DNA of 64,000 nt from the human T2T-CHM13v2.0 reference genome, Homo sapiens, in NCBI RefSeq assembly GCF_009914755.1, contig NC_060932.1; one strand, given 5' to 3'. How positions within the stretch are numbered: position 1 is the stretch's first letter; the number at the start of each line of letters is the position of its first letter. Under the pieces are notes generated by a model. That model was not told the origin of the DNA. It ran no database searches and saw only the letters and a list, made by a program, of their open reading frames with translations. The position numbers and the translations under genes were made by a program. Positions 1 through 13,851 of this stretch are shown one piece after another.

Positions 1-2452
1 AATAGATTGATCATCCAGAGAGAAAAATCAGAAAACATCAGACTTCAACTGCACTTTAGATGAACTAAGCCTAGCAAGACATTCACAGAACAATTAACCC
101 AAAAATGCATTTTTTAAAAGCACAAACAGAATTTTCTCCAAGATAGATTATATGGTAGGTTACAAAGCAAGTTTTAGAAACTTTAAGATGGGAGTATATG
201 CTCAAGGCAACTTGAAGTTGCAGAAACTATAAAAGAAAAACCGTAAGATTGAAAATCACATTACGTATCTTTTCTGAGCACAGTATTAAACTAGAAATTC
301 AGAAAACTTATAAATATATACAAATTAAACATGTTGCTGAGCAATCAATGGGTCAATGAAGCAATTAAAGTTTAAATGTCTTGAGACAAAGTGGTGTATA
401 ACGTTCCTAAAGGTATCAGATGCAGAAAAAGCCATTCTGAGCATTTATAGCAATAAATGCCTCTATCAAAGATCTCAAAAAACCTAACATTACACAAGGG
501 ACTAGAACAAATTAAGCCCAAAGTTAGTTAAAAAAAAAAAATGAAATAAAGACCATAGCAGAAGTAAACAATAGACTAGAAAGAGAGAATATCAATAAGA
601 GTTTTTTCAAAAATAAGCCATTAGCTAAGACTCAGATTTGAAAAATCAGTTCTTTTGAATTTCTGATAAATTCAGAGAATCATAAGAGCCTACTATGAAC
701 AATTATGTACCAAGTAGATCACCTAGAAAGTGGATAAACCCCTAGACACATACTGCTTACCCAGATTAAGGCACAAAGAAAAAATCTGAACATACCAATA
801 ATGAGTAAGATTGAATCAGTAAGTAAGGTCTCCCATCAAAGAAAAGCCCAGGACCTGATGGATGTGCTGAATTCTACCAAACATTTAAAGAATGGTTACC
901 AGTCCTTCCCCAACATTTCTAAAAATTCAAGTGAAGGTAATACTTCCAAATACACTTTATGAAGCCAGCATTACCCTGATACCAAAGCTGACAAGGACAC
1001 GTTAGACTAACATCCCTGAAGAACATAATGCAAAAATCCTCAAAATACTAGCAAACCAAATTCAAGAGCACATTAAAAGCACTCACAATCGAGTGGGGCT
1101 TATCACAGGGATGCAAGAGTGGTTCAGTATGTGTAAACTCATAAATGTGCAACCACATTAACAGAACAGACAAACCATAAGACCATATCGATAGATGCAG
1201 AAAAAGCATTTGACAAAACTGCCTTGTAATGAGGCATCTCAAACTAGGTACAGAAGAAATGAGCCACAACACAATAAAGGCCATGTGACAAAGCCACAGC
1301 TGACATACTCTATGGTGAAAAGCTGAAAGCTTCTCCTCTAAGATCCTGGAGCAAGACAAGGATGGCCATTTGGATACCTCTATTTAACATAGTATTAGAA
1401 GCCCTAGCCAGAGCAATTAGGTAAAAAGAAAGTAAAACATTTAAATTAGAAAAGAAATTAAATTGTCCCTGTATGCAGATGATCTGATACATGTAGAAAA
1501 TCCTAAACACATCACTAAAAACTTATTAGAACCAATAAATGACTTCAGAAAAGTGGCAGGATACAAAATGAACTTACAAAAATTAGACATGTTTCTAACA
1601 CTATCTGAAAAATCAGGAAGACCATCCCACTTACGACAGCTAGGAATGTACTCAAAATTAAGCAAGTAAGAACCTGTACACTGAAAACTACAAGATATTG
1701 AAAGAAGTTAGATACAAATGAAAGAGACCCTCAGTTCATATTGGAAGAATTCATACTATTAAAATGTCCATACCACTCAAAGCAATCCAGGGATTCAACA
1801 TAATCCCCATCAAAATTCCAATGTCGTTATTCAAAGAAATAAGACAATCCTAAAACAGGTATGGAACCATAGGAGTGTCTCCCACCATAGCCAAAGCAAT
1901 TCTGAGCAAAAAGAACAAAGCTGGCGGCCTCACACTACCTGTCTTGATTATTATAGTTTTGTAGTATGTTAAAGACAGCATGGTGCTGACCTAAAAACAG
2001 ACACATAGACCAATAGAACAGAACCAGAGAGCCTGGAAAAAAACTTTCAAATTACATTTATATTCAATTTATTTCTGACAAAGGTATCAAATATAAAATG
2101 GGTACAGGACAATCGCTTTAAGAAATGGTGTTTGACAACTGGATATTCACATGCAGAAGGATGAAATAATACCCCTATTATACCATGTACAAAAATTAAC
2201 ATGGATTACAGACTTAAATGTAAGACCTGAAACTACAAAACTATGGGAAGAAAACATTAGGAAAAATCTCCATGACATTGGTCTGGGAAATGATTTCTTG
2301 GATAGAATTTCAAAAATGCAGGCAACAAAAGCAAAAACAGACAAATTATATCAAATGAACTTCCGCACGGCAAAGGAAATGAGACAACCCATGGATTGAG
2401 AATATTTACAAACACACTTCTGATAAGTGGCTAATACTCAAAACAAATATAC
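1..2452 (+). mobile_element. Decayed LINE-1 ORF2 region (old L1MA/L1PB-type), non-coding
   Basis: Typical ORF2 sequence (AAAGCCCAGGACCTGATGG, GAAGCCAGCATTACCCTGATACCAAA, GATGCAGAAAAAGCATTTGACAAAA). ORF 1463-1669 'SLYADDLI' is the RT FADD motif. Many stops and frameshifts. Confidence 0.95.
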
Positions 2453-2454
2453 CC

Positions 2455-2685
2455 GCTACATTTTGATTGTGTTCCCTCAAATTCAGATGTTGAAATGTGT
2501 TCTCTCAAATTCAGATGTTGAAACTTAATGGCCAATGTGATAGCATTAAGAAGGTGCAGCCTTTAAGAGGTGATGAGTACGTAAGGGCTCCTCCTTCATA
2601 AATGGGATTAGGGACCTTATGAAAGAGGACTTAGGCAGTGTTGGGTTATCTTGCCCTTCTGCCATGTGAAGACAGTGTTGTTCCC
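2455..2685 (+). mobile_element. MaLR LTR 5' part (MSTD/MLT1A-like)
   Basis: CAAATTCAGATGTTGAAACTTAATGGCCAATGTGATAG...GCCTTTAAGAGGTGA...ATGGGATTAG matches the MaLR LTR start; truncated by the next element. Confidence 0.75.
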
Positions 2686-2868
2686 TGTGTTAGTCCATTC
2701 TTGCACTGCTGCAAAGAAATACCTTAGACTAAGTAACTTATAAAGAAGAGGTTTAACTGTCTCACAGTTCCATAGGCTGTACAGGAAGCGTAATTGTGAC
2801 ATCTGCTTGGCTTCTGGGGAGGTCTCAGGAAACTTACAATCATAGCAGAAGGCAAAGGGGAAGCAGGC
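2686..2868 (-). mobile_element. MST LTR fragment (resumes at 3410-3427 after the MLT2 insertion)
   Basis: TGTGTTAGTCCATTCTTGCACTGCT...AAAGAAGAGGTTTAA...GGCAAAGGGGAAGCAGGC; continuation CACATCTTACATG at ~3414. Confidence 0.85.
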
Positions 2869-3409
2869 TCTATTAGGGTTCGCTAGAGCGAGAGAGACAG
2901 GACTAACAGGACAGATATATGAGCAGGAGTTTATTAAGGAGTATTGACTTACATGATCACAAGGTGAAGTCCCACAACAGGCCGTCTGCAAGCTGAGGAG
3001 CAAGGAAGCCAGTCTGAGTCCCAAAACCTCGAAAGTAGGAAAGCTGACAGTGCAGTCTTCAGTCTGTGGCCGAAGGCATGAGAGCCCCTGACAAACACTG
3101 ATGTAGGTCCAAGAGTCCCAAAGCTGAAGAACCTGGAGTCTACTGTTCTAAGGCAGGAAGCATCCAGCACGGGAGAAAGATGAGAGCGGGAAGACTCAGC
3201 CAGTCTAGCCCTTCCACGTTCCTCTGCCTGCTTTTACCCTAGCTGCACTGGCAGCTGATTAGATGGTGCCCACTCAGGGTGGGTCTGCCTCCCCCAGTCC
3301 ACTGACTCAAATGTTAGTCTCCTATGCCAGCACCCTCACAGATATACCCAGGAACAATATTTTGCATCCTTCAATCCGATCAAGTTGACACTCAACATTA
3401 ACCATCACA
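2869..3409 (-). mobile_element. MLT2A/B (ERVL) solo LTR nested in MST
   Basis: TATTAGGGTT...TCAATCCGATCAAGTTGACACTCAACATTAACCATCACA; 5-bp TSD CAGGC/CAGAC. Confidence 0.9.
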
Positions 3410-3427
3410 CAGACACATCTTACATGC

Positions 3428-5100
3428 TGCCTTTGCATTGCAGCAACCCTATCTCCTCCTGATGATGATCAAGACTTCTCCTACTACAATGGTCACTTTT
3501 TTTGCTTGCTGGTCCCTGGACATAAGCAGCCTGCAGTTCCCAGATGGAAGCTATGGCTTATAGTTCAACAGAACACTTGCTATACCAGTTAGTGAAATTA
3601 CTTTCCACTGGGGATCAGAACATCTAATCCTGCAAAGCCCAGAGTTACAGGGTCAGGAGACAAATTTTCCAAGTGGGTCACCTGGAGTTGTGTGAGGCCC
3701 TGCTGGCATCTGCCTCTTTATTTCAGGACCTATATATTTTTTCCTAATGGGAAGATGGCACCATAATGTCTGTGATTCAATATACCTCCTGCATTCTGGA
3801 GGCTGGTGCTGAATTTTCTTAAAATACTGCCTCTCAGCTAAGGCTTTGGCTGTGCCTGCAGTTTGCTGGTGATCATAAGATATATATGTCATATAACATA
3901 CTGTTATAACAGTATATAACATAACAGTCATAACTTGGTGGTCATAAGATAATAGTATGTTATATGACTTGTATATCTTATGATCACAACTCCTCATGTT
4001 ACATAAAATGGGTACCCTGATCTAATGAGATATATTATGTAGGACCACAAGCCAGGGGATCACATATTCAATAAGGCCTTGGGTAGGAATTCTGGCTAAA
4101 ACACATAGGAAAAGCAAACCCATACCCAGAATATGTCTTCCATCAGAATAGGTAACTGTCTTTTTTATCATGGAAGGATCCTGGTATACTCAATTTAGCT
4201 CCAAGTTGATCTCCTTGAGTAAATCATCCACTTCAGGGGCTATGTTTTGGTCTCTGTAGGGCAGTCGAGGTTCAGAATAATCTTGGTAAATGAGAGACCA
4301 GGCTATTTGCCCCATCTGTATAACTTCCTTCCTGTCACTATGGTTGTTGGATTCATGTGTTGAAGAGTGTCAACAATTAGGTAACCAATGTGAGCCTAGC
4401 TTATATCAACTGGGCAAGTTGTTTGGTCTAATTGGTTGTTTAGCACCTTATCTGTAAAGTATAATCTCTGGTTGAGGTAGCAAATGATACCAAGTATTTG
4501 AGGCCACTCTTGCATAGCTATAAAGGAATATCTGAGACTATGTAATTTATAAAGAAAAGAGGTTTAATTGATTCTGAAGGCTGTACAGAGAACATGGCAC
4601 CAGCATCTCCTTGGTTTCATTGGAGGCCTCAGGGACCTTTTACTTATGGCAGAAGGTAACGTAGAAGCTTGCATGTCCCATGGTGAATGCAGGAGCAAAA
4701 GAACAAGTATGGGGGGAGGGTGCCACACACTTCTAAACAACCAGATCTCTCGAATGCATGAGGACAGCACCAGGCCATGAGGCATCTGGCCCCATGACCC
4801 AATACCTCCCGCCAGGCCCCACCTCCAATACTGGGGATTACAATTCAACATGAGATTTAGTGGGGACATATATTCAAACTACTACCAAGATATCTTTCCT
4901 TACTACTAGCTATTCACATATGTAAAAACTTCATATCTCTTTCAAAATTTCTCATTTAAAATCTTAGTGTTTGTCTTTCCATGTCTATGAGCAGCTGGCC
5001 ATGTCAGCTGTGAGTGCACATGAATCATAGTTATCACCTTGGACTACTTGTGTCTTTACACAAGTGGATAACTAGGTGCAGCCTATGAAGCTTTGCCCAT
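3428..5100 (-). mobile_element. Old ERVL/MaLR internal sequence (MLT-int-like), interrupted by MST
   Basis: Degenerate similarity to MaLR/ERVL internal sequence (e.g. CTCCTCCTGATGATGATC, TTGCTTGCTGGTCCCTGGAC); recalled, not aligned. Confidence 0.55.
4493..4887 (-). mobile_element. MSTA/B solo LTR
   Basis: GCTATAAAGGAATATCTGAGACT...TAATTTATAAAGAAAAGAGGTTTAATTG...CCAGGCCCCACCTCCAATACTGGGGATTACAATTCAACATGAGATT. Confidence 0.9.
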
Positions 5101-5189
5101 TTGGAGGACTTCTTTCATCCTGGGTGAGGGAGGAGGATTAGATGAAGGTAAGGAAAAGAGTGAGAGGACTGAGGACAAAACTCATGCCT

Positions 5190-5470
5190 TCAGCAGTGAA
5201 GCTATTCTATATGATACTATAATGGTGAGTATATGTCATTATACACTTAGGCAAATCTGCAGGATGCACAACACCAAGAGTGGAACCTCATGTAAACTGT
5301 GGACTTTGGATCCATCAGTTATGACAAATGTACCCTTTTGCTAGGGGTGCTGGTAGAGAAAAGGTTGTGCATGTGTAGGGGCAGAGGGTGTATGAAAAGT
5401 CTCTGTACCTTTCACTCCATTTTGCTGTGGATCTAAAACTTCTCTGAAAAAGTAAAGTCTATTTTCAAAA
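5190..5470 (+). mobile_element. L1MC-type 3'UTR fragment
   Basis: TATGATACTATAATGGTG...TGTAAACTGTGGACTT...GGGGCAGAGGGTGTATG...TCTCTGTACCTT...CTAAAACTTCTCTGAAAAAGTAAAGTCTA. Confidence 0.8.
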
Positions 5471-5519
5471 CTCCATAAAACTTTGTTAATGCAAAACAAA
5501 AAGCCTTGTATCTGTACTT

Positions 5520-5865
5520 CCAACCACCAGAAACTTCTTTCAGTTTCTCAAACCTACCTCTTCCACCCTCAAACTCTCTGCACTGCCTGTTCTGATTGCT
5601 GTGAGTACTTTTTTCCTCTGTTCTTTGCTCCACTCGATCATTTTATTCCTTCAGAGCTGAGCTTCAGTGTTATTTTCCTGGGAAAGCCCTTCCTTTATCC
5701 CTGCCCTGCTATTTTTCAGAAAACTATGACATCTGTTCTTTTTATAGAATGTTAACAATTTATTCATTTACTGTTCATGTTTGTCAACATGAAGATGTAG
5801 ACCATGCCTTTGTTATTCACTATTGTATCCCCAGCGCATAATACAGGGTGCTCTCAGAATGGATA
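5520..5865 (+). mobile_element. L2 3' fragment
   Basis: GGAAAGCCCTTCCT...TTATTCACTATTGTATCCCCAGCGC resembles the L2 3' end. Confidence 0.6.
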
Positions 5866-5871
5866 TGCACT

Positions 5872-6343
5872 TCTATTAGGGTTCTCCAGAGAAACAAAAC
5901 CAATAGGATGAAATACATATTATATAATGGTATTGGCTTATGATTGTGGAGTTGAGAAATCCCATAATCTGCCACATGCAAGCCCAAGACCCAAGAAAGC
6001 CAGTGATGTAGTTTGAAGGCCTGAGAGCTGGAGAGCCAACAGGGTGTATATTCTAGTCTGCATCTGAAGGTATGAGAGCCAGGAGCACCGAGGGCATGAC
6101 ATCTATGTCTTGGCTAAAGAGATCAGGCAGCAAGGGTAAATCCAAACATCCTCCATATTTTCATTGTATTCAACAGATTGAGGAAGGTGCATTGGGGAAG
6201 GTGATCTGTTTTACTCTGTCCACCAAATCAAATGCTAATCTCTTCCAGAAATGCACTCACTGAAAAAAACAGGAATAATGTTTGATCAAATATCTGGGCA
6301 TCCTAAGGCCCAGTCAAGTTGATACACACAATTAACCATCAAA
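5872..6343 (-). mobile_element. MLT2 (ERVL) LTR
   Basis: TATTAGGGTTCTCCAGAGAAACAAAACCAATAGG...GGCCCAGTCAAGTTGATACACACAATTAACCATCA. Confidence 0.9.
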
Positions 6344-6655
6344 ACACGAATTTCTAATTTGTTAGATAAAAGAATAATAATTATACTTTGTCTCACTTTT
6401 ATTTTATGAAAACTTTATACCTTTAAACCTCCCAAATTCAACAATGATTATCAATATTTTGTCACATTTGTTTCATGCCCCCCATCTATTCCTTTCATTT
6501 CTTGTTTCATTTAAATATTTTCAAGCAAATTCAAAACATCATGTCACTTATCTCTACAAGCATCAGCATGGAACTCTTAAAAAATGAAGATTTTCTTCAT
6601 GTGCAATATGCAATACAATCACTTATAAAATTATAATGACAACATGTTTGTTTTG

Positions 6656-7390
6656 TCAAGTGTTGGTGAGGATGTGGAAAAGAACTCTTGTCCATTAATT
6701 AATTATTACAGCCATCATGGAAAACAGTAGCTCCTCAAAAAACTAAAAATAGAACTGTAATATGATCCAGCAATCTCACTTCTGGGTATATATCCAAAGA
6801 AATTAAAATTAGTATCTCAAAAGAATATCTGCACTCCTATACTAATTGCAGCACTACTTGCAATAGCCACTATGTGAAATCAACCTCTAAGTGTCCATCA
6901 ATGAATGAATGAAGAAAATATGGTGTATATATATACACACACACAATGGAATATTCAGCTATATAAATAATTCTGTTATTTGCAACAACATGAATGGAAC
7001 TGGAAGTCATTATGTTAAGTGTAACAAGCCAGACACAAATCCTGTATAATCTCATTTATATGTGAAAACTAAAAAAGTTAAACTTGTCAGTAGAAGTAAA
7101 ATGGTTACCAGAGGCTGGGAGCATGGGGTAAGGAGGGAATGAGGAGTTGCTGATCAAAGAGCACAAAGTTTCAGATAGACAGGGGTGATAAGTTTTGATT
7201 TATTGCAGAGCAGGTTGATATAGCCAATAATGTATATTTCCAAATAGCTAAGAATACATTTCCAACAAATGCGAATGAGGGGATGTATATGATAATTAGC
7301 TTGATTTAACCATTCTCCATTATTTACATATATCCAAATATCATTGTGCCCTGTGTATTTTTACAACAATGACTTATCAATTTAAAAGAT
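6656..7390 (+). mobile_element. L1MA-type ORF2 end and 3'UTR
   Basis: CAAGTGTTGGTGAGGATGTGGA...TATGATCCAGCAATCTCACTTCTGGGTATATATCCAAAG...GGTTACCAGAGGCTGGG...AATTAGCTTGATTTA. Confidence 0.9.
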
Positions 7391-7619
7391 TAATTTTAAA
7401 GCTACATTTTATATTTCTTTAAATCAGGAACCAAACATCCACGTAACATTCAGTCTAGAGCAATCCAGCTCCCCATCCCAATGTTTATGCTACAGACTTG
7501 TTGTAGAAGCAAGGCTAGTTGTTCTGTAATACCTCTCACATTCTGGGTTAGTCTATTTGATGCTCTGTGCTGTCATTGATCGTCTTCTCATAATCTCTCC
7601 ACATATTTTTTGTAAAAAT

Positions 7620-7816
7620 CAGGGGTTAGCAAACTTTCTCTAAACGGTCAGGTAGTAAATGTGTCAGGCTTTGGAGGCCACATATGGTCTCTGAAACATA
7701 CTCTGATTTTACTCACAACCCTTAAAAATGTAAAAACAATTCTTACTGTGCAGGCCATAGAAACACAGACCACAGTCGGAATTTGGCCAACAGGCTATAT
7801 AGTTTGCTGAACTCTG
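7620..7816. mobile_element. MER58 (hAT-Charlie) non-autonomous DNA transposon
   Basis: Terminal inverted repeats CAGGGGTTAGCAAACT / AGTTTGCTGAACTCTG; internal CCTTAAAAATGTAAAAAC. Confidence 0.85.
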
Positions 7817-8719
7817 CCTCTCTAGGGTTTCATTGTATTGGGGTTTAACTTTCTTGCATATAGACTTGATAAGTGGTCCTAGGTGCTTCACTTGCTAACA
7901 TACCAGGAGGCACATAGTATCTAATAATTACACTGATAAGGGGTTCAGCTGGGGCTGCCTGATTCTTCAGTGTAAAATTTCTTAGCAATGTACCATCTAA
8001 TGGTTCAACAGGTGACTTATTGCTTGATTCAATTGTTTGATTCTACCTTTCCTTTAGAACTTACTATTTGAAATCTTCGTAAAAAATATTTGCTCATCAA
8101 CTAGGACTATTTGGTTGCTCTGAAACACCATTTATTCAGGAATGGTAGAAAGCATGCTTCATTTTTTCTTTTAACTTTTAATGTCTGAGAATCTAATGAT
8201 TCCTAATGGGTTATATTTGTTTTTGATTGGTGTTCTGTCTTTGCATTTTTGTGTATGTATCATTATGAATTAATAATTATTGAGGGTTTTGTAGTTGATA
8301 ATCACACGCTTTAAAAATTACATCTTTGTACAAAGGGAGCTCCTTCGTGTTAACAGTATACCCTTTGACATGGCCAATTGGTCTGTGATAGCTTCTTTGA
8401 ATTCTGGTACCAACTCCTCAAGGCTCAACTGGAATATTTCCTACTCCAGGCCAGCAATCATTTTTACTTCCAAGAAGTTCTCATTCTCCTTATGGGGAAT
8501 GATTTGAGGAGACTACCATTTGGAAGGGAATGATAGAAAGGAGAAAAGACAGTAGTCATTAAGTGAAATAACAGGGACCTGAATCAGTGAAGTCTGAGGC
8601 CAACATATACACAACATACCACACTTAAAAGTACTAAAACTCCAGTTTGTATGAAATTTTATTACACCACGATACAAACAGAACTTTGCCTGCATAAAAA
8701 CTCAGGTTCTTATCAGTCA

Positions 8720-8900
8720 TAGGATGTTAGAATCAATGATTCCATAACAATCTTGTAACACAACTTCCTTTACAAAAGAGAAAGCTGAGGCTCAGAGATG
8801 GAGGCAGGGACTACTCTGCTGGGGTTGACTATTGGTCAAATGGACTCTAATACTCAGGTCTCCTGACCCAGTTTTTACTGTCATTTCTATTCTACACAGT
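8720..8900 (-). mobile_element. MIR fragment
   Basis: TTACAAAAGAGAAAGCTGAGGCTCAGAGA...ACTCAGGTCTCCTGAC. Confidence 0.6.
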
Positions 8901-9984
8901 ATACTCTGCTATATTTATTTCTCTTGCCTTTAGCCTCACATGACATCAGTCTCATTTTTCTGTTTCAATCTGTATCCATCTTCCTCTTCCTCTTCCTCTC
9001 CTGCCCTTCTCTACACTTATTTATTGACTTCTTGATCCAGTTATTTAACATTCCATAATGAGCTATTGTGTGCCAGGCACTGTGATGGGCACTGGAGATG
9101 CAATTCATGAGACAGTTAGGCTTTTGCAAAGTTCCCTGTCCCAGGGAAGCCTGCCTGAGGATGGGGCATAACAGCAGCTCTTTCCTGGGGGAAAGACATA
9201 CGCTAATGACACATCTTACTCTTTCCTTCACACAGAAAAGCATGTCTTGTCCCTTACTCTGCTTTCCCAGGCCTCATCCCATCCTGCATAAATCACTGCT
9301 GCATCCACCAATCTCCCTGCTCCAGCGACTGTATCATGGTCAGGTTCTGGCCATGCTTCTTCCACAGAAGTTAGTGTCTCCACTTTGCCTGCAGGATCAA
9401 GTTCAAACCCTCTAGCCTGGCATCGAGGGTCCTCTCGAGGCCAGCATGCACCCCTCCACGCATAGACGGAATGACTATGTCTCTGACATGCACCCTGGTT
9501 AGGGGATGAGACTGCAGCTTCAGAGGGTGGCCTCTATCTAAATGTTCATTCCAGGCTTTGTCACTGGGGATGTGAATTGCAATTAAGTGCAACACACTTT
9601 GTGGACCCTGTGTCTCAGCCCTTCTCTTGCCACTCTGTAGCTGGTCAGTTCCCCAAATTCTGCTCGCTCCAGAGGAGTCTCAAACCCCTTCCCTATGCCA
9701 TGTGTCCCACATCTGTGCAATCAACTCAGACCTCTTTGTGCCTGAATCTTCAGTTATGCCAAATAATACTTAAAGGACCCCATGTAAAGCACATAGGATG
9801 TACAGAAACTATATATAATAGTTATACTAGTTATAACTAGGAAGTATTTATACATAAATGGCAAATCTCACTGAAAAGAAACTCAAATCCAATAAAATAA
9901 GTGTTTGGCTTCTTAACCATAGTAAAAAGAAAAAACACTATTACTGGTGAGGTTGGGGTAAAATTCTCTCTCTGACTCTCTTAA

Positions 9985-10629
<645 letters not shown>

Positions 10630-12328
10630 CTATGTAAGAATGGAAATAAAGTCCTAAGGCCACAAAATATAAGCATTTTGATGTAGTGGGGGGAAATGTT
10701 TTACTTACTGTTATCTGGTTTTCAAGTATCTAAGGTACAGCTGTATCACTTTAATGTGGTAAAAATACTTTTAATTAAATTCAGAGATCTATATTGATGG
10801 AAGGCTAATTGAGGGTTTCTCCACTCCCTGGAGAAACATCTGAAAAGGTCAATGACTATATATCCTTCTCCTGAGAAGAGGTGTAGGGTTTGCTACGCAA
10901 GGAGGACGACCTACATCCTAGCTACAACTTGGCTCTATGAAGAGCCTCCTCTGCAGACAGCTAGAAGATCATGTTTGAAAGAAAATAATTTCACTGCACT
11001 TCCTTGAGCTACAGAGAGTATTTTTTAGACAACTGGCTGATCTTTCACACCTGTTTTGTGCTTGCTAAAAGAGCTACAACAGATCACTCGAGAAACAGAA
11101 AATCCCCAACGCGACCCTCATGGAACATGTGCCTATCACCTTAGCATTCATGGAGCATTGCTGCCTCCACTGAACCTACACGCACCCTGTCACAGCAACA
11201 ATTTCTCAACCTCTGTACCGTTGCAGGCACTATCATGGAAAGGGGGCAAGGGACTCACCCAAGATCACTCACAATATAGTGAGAGCGTCACCTCTCCATC
11301 CTCCTTAACAGACTCCAAGTTCAATGACATCTCAAATGGATGAACTGCATTTTAACTCCCATTCTATAACTTATTAACTATGTGTCCACAGCGAGTTGCT
11401 TCATCTCTCAAACACGGTTTGGTTATTTATTAACCAGGGGTGATAGAAAGCATTGCTACGCTTCATGTTCACAACCAAATGAAGCAGATATTACTATCAT
11501 TGGATGTTGATAGGTAACTTATGTATAATACCTTACCACGAAGTAATATAAATGTGTGTGCTGGCTAATTAAAGCAATGGCCCAAGGGGAGATCATTACC
11601 TTAAGGACTTTACATTCCAGATGGTCAAGTAGCATTCCAACCAGGAATCACACCTCCAGTGTGGGTACTTGGTAACCCTTTAGTCAATACTAAATGTTAT
11701 GCAAATTAACATTGGATATGGGAAATGGACCCTCTTTTATGAAATTAATAGCATCTACAATATATAGCCTGATTAAAATACGTTAAATATTTCTTCACCA
11801 TTGCATTAGCTAAGAAAGAAAATCCAGAACCCTCTCTAGCCTGAATCCTTAGGGAAGGCAATATGGTTTGATCCCTAAATAACCCTGTCTAGCCACTAGG
11901 TGGAATTCTTACTGCCCGATGCTGACCAAAATGATAATGGTTCCAGAATGTTGTTTGGTCTCCAGTTAACCTTTCATGCAAACCACAGTTGGATCACCTA
12001 AAATGTCACTGAGCTAAGAGAATGAGTTGTAGTGGCAATTTTGTGCTATCTTCTTAAGTCTCTTGAGTAGACACCCACCTGGGTGACAAATTCTGGTCTG
12101 AGACTCCTCATCTACAGCCGAGCAGCCTGACTTGTCTGCACCCACAGCAAACTTGTCCAGAGCTGCCCTGCCCTGGCTAGAGAGCCCAGTAGATGGCTTA
12201 GAGGATGGACAAGGCTGTTGCAGTAACCACCTGGCTGCTTCTATGAGTCAGTAGCCAGGAAAACCCAGGACCACAGGCCTTTCCTGAGCTTCTACTCTGC
12301 ACTTGGCCTGCTGTTTTAAGAACTGCAC

Positions 12329-12844
<516 letters not shown>

Positions 12845-12852
12845 CCTGAGCA

Positions 12853-13179
<327 letters not shown>

Positions 13180-13851
13180 TTAAGTGCTTTGTCCATGTCA
13201 AATAAGTCTGCACAGAGATGGTCCAGGGCATGCTCAACACGTGGCTCTGAGGTCTGGAAACACTGTTCCCATCTTTCTTGGAGAAAGTTACAGAAGTTCC
13301 CGCAGACTCTCACCCCCAGATCCTCATAAAATTCCTTCATGGCGGTCTCTGCTCAGGTGTGCTGAATCCATGCTCCAAAATAGAGCAATGGCTTGGGGAA
13401 CTCCACCTGGACCTAAGTTCATGGGCTCAAGAGGACACATCCCCCCTCATCTGTGATGCAAAAGGAACACAGTGAGATGCTCTGACAAGTGGCCATTGCA
13501 GCCCGGGCTTAGAGTCACAGCTCGTCCCAGGCAGGTGCCAACAGGCCAGGCTCTTGGTGCGCTCAATCTGCAGGAGAGCTGTGGAGGGACCTGCTGTGGT
13601 GCACTCCCTCCACACAGTGTCCTAGCTCTTCTGCTTTCTTGATGGGAAGAGGAGGGGGTGTTAAAGGGGAAAGGGCCTGTTGAGGCCTGCCTGTTGCCTT
13701 CAAGAGATGGTGCCTGAATCTCTGGGAGCTTCAAGTTCTCGTATCACTGAGTACAATTCTGCTCCAGCTTAAACACCTTTGTCAATAGCCGAATGCAGCA
13801 TAAGGATCAGAGACAAAGAGGAATTAACACTCAGTGGGCAGCTTCCCTGCC

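Larger units (their letters stand above)
6400..8705 (-). mobile_element. Old L1MC-type fragments, split by an L1MA 3' end and MER58
   Basis: Degenerate antisense L1M sequence (TTTCAAGCAAATTCAAAACATCATGTCA; ACCAGGAGGCACATAGTATCT; TCTGTGATAGCTTCTTTG). Confidence 0.55.

Noticed and set aside
11892-11907. CTCF-like GCCACTAGGTGGAAT (and CTGGCAGGGGGCGA near 62588)
   Set aside because: Each misses key positions (the conserved C after GG here; the 5' CCA there, within or next to L2). Too weak without binding data.
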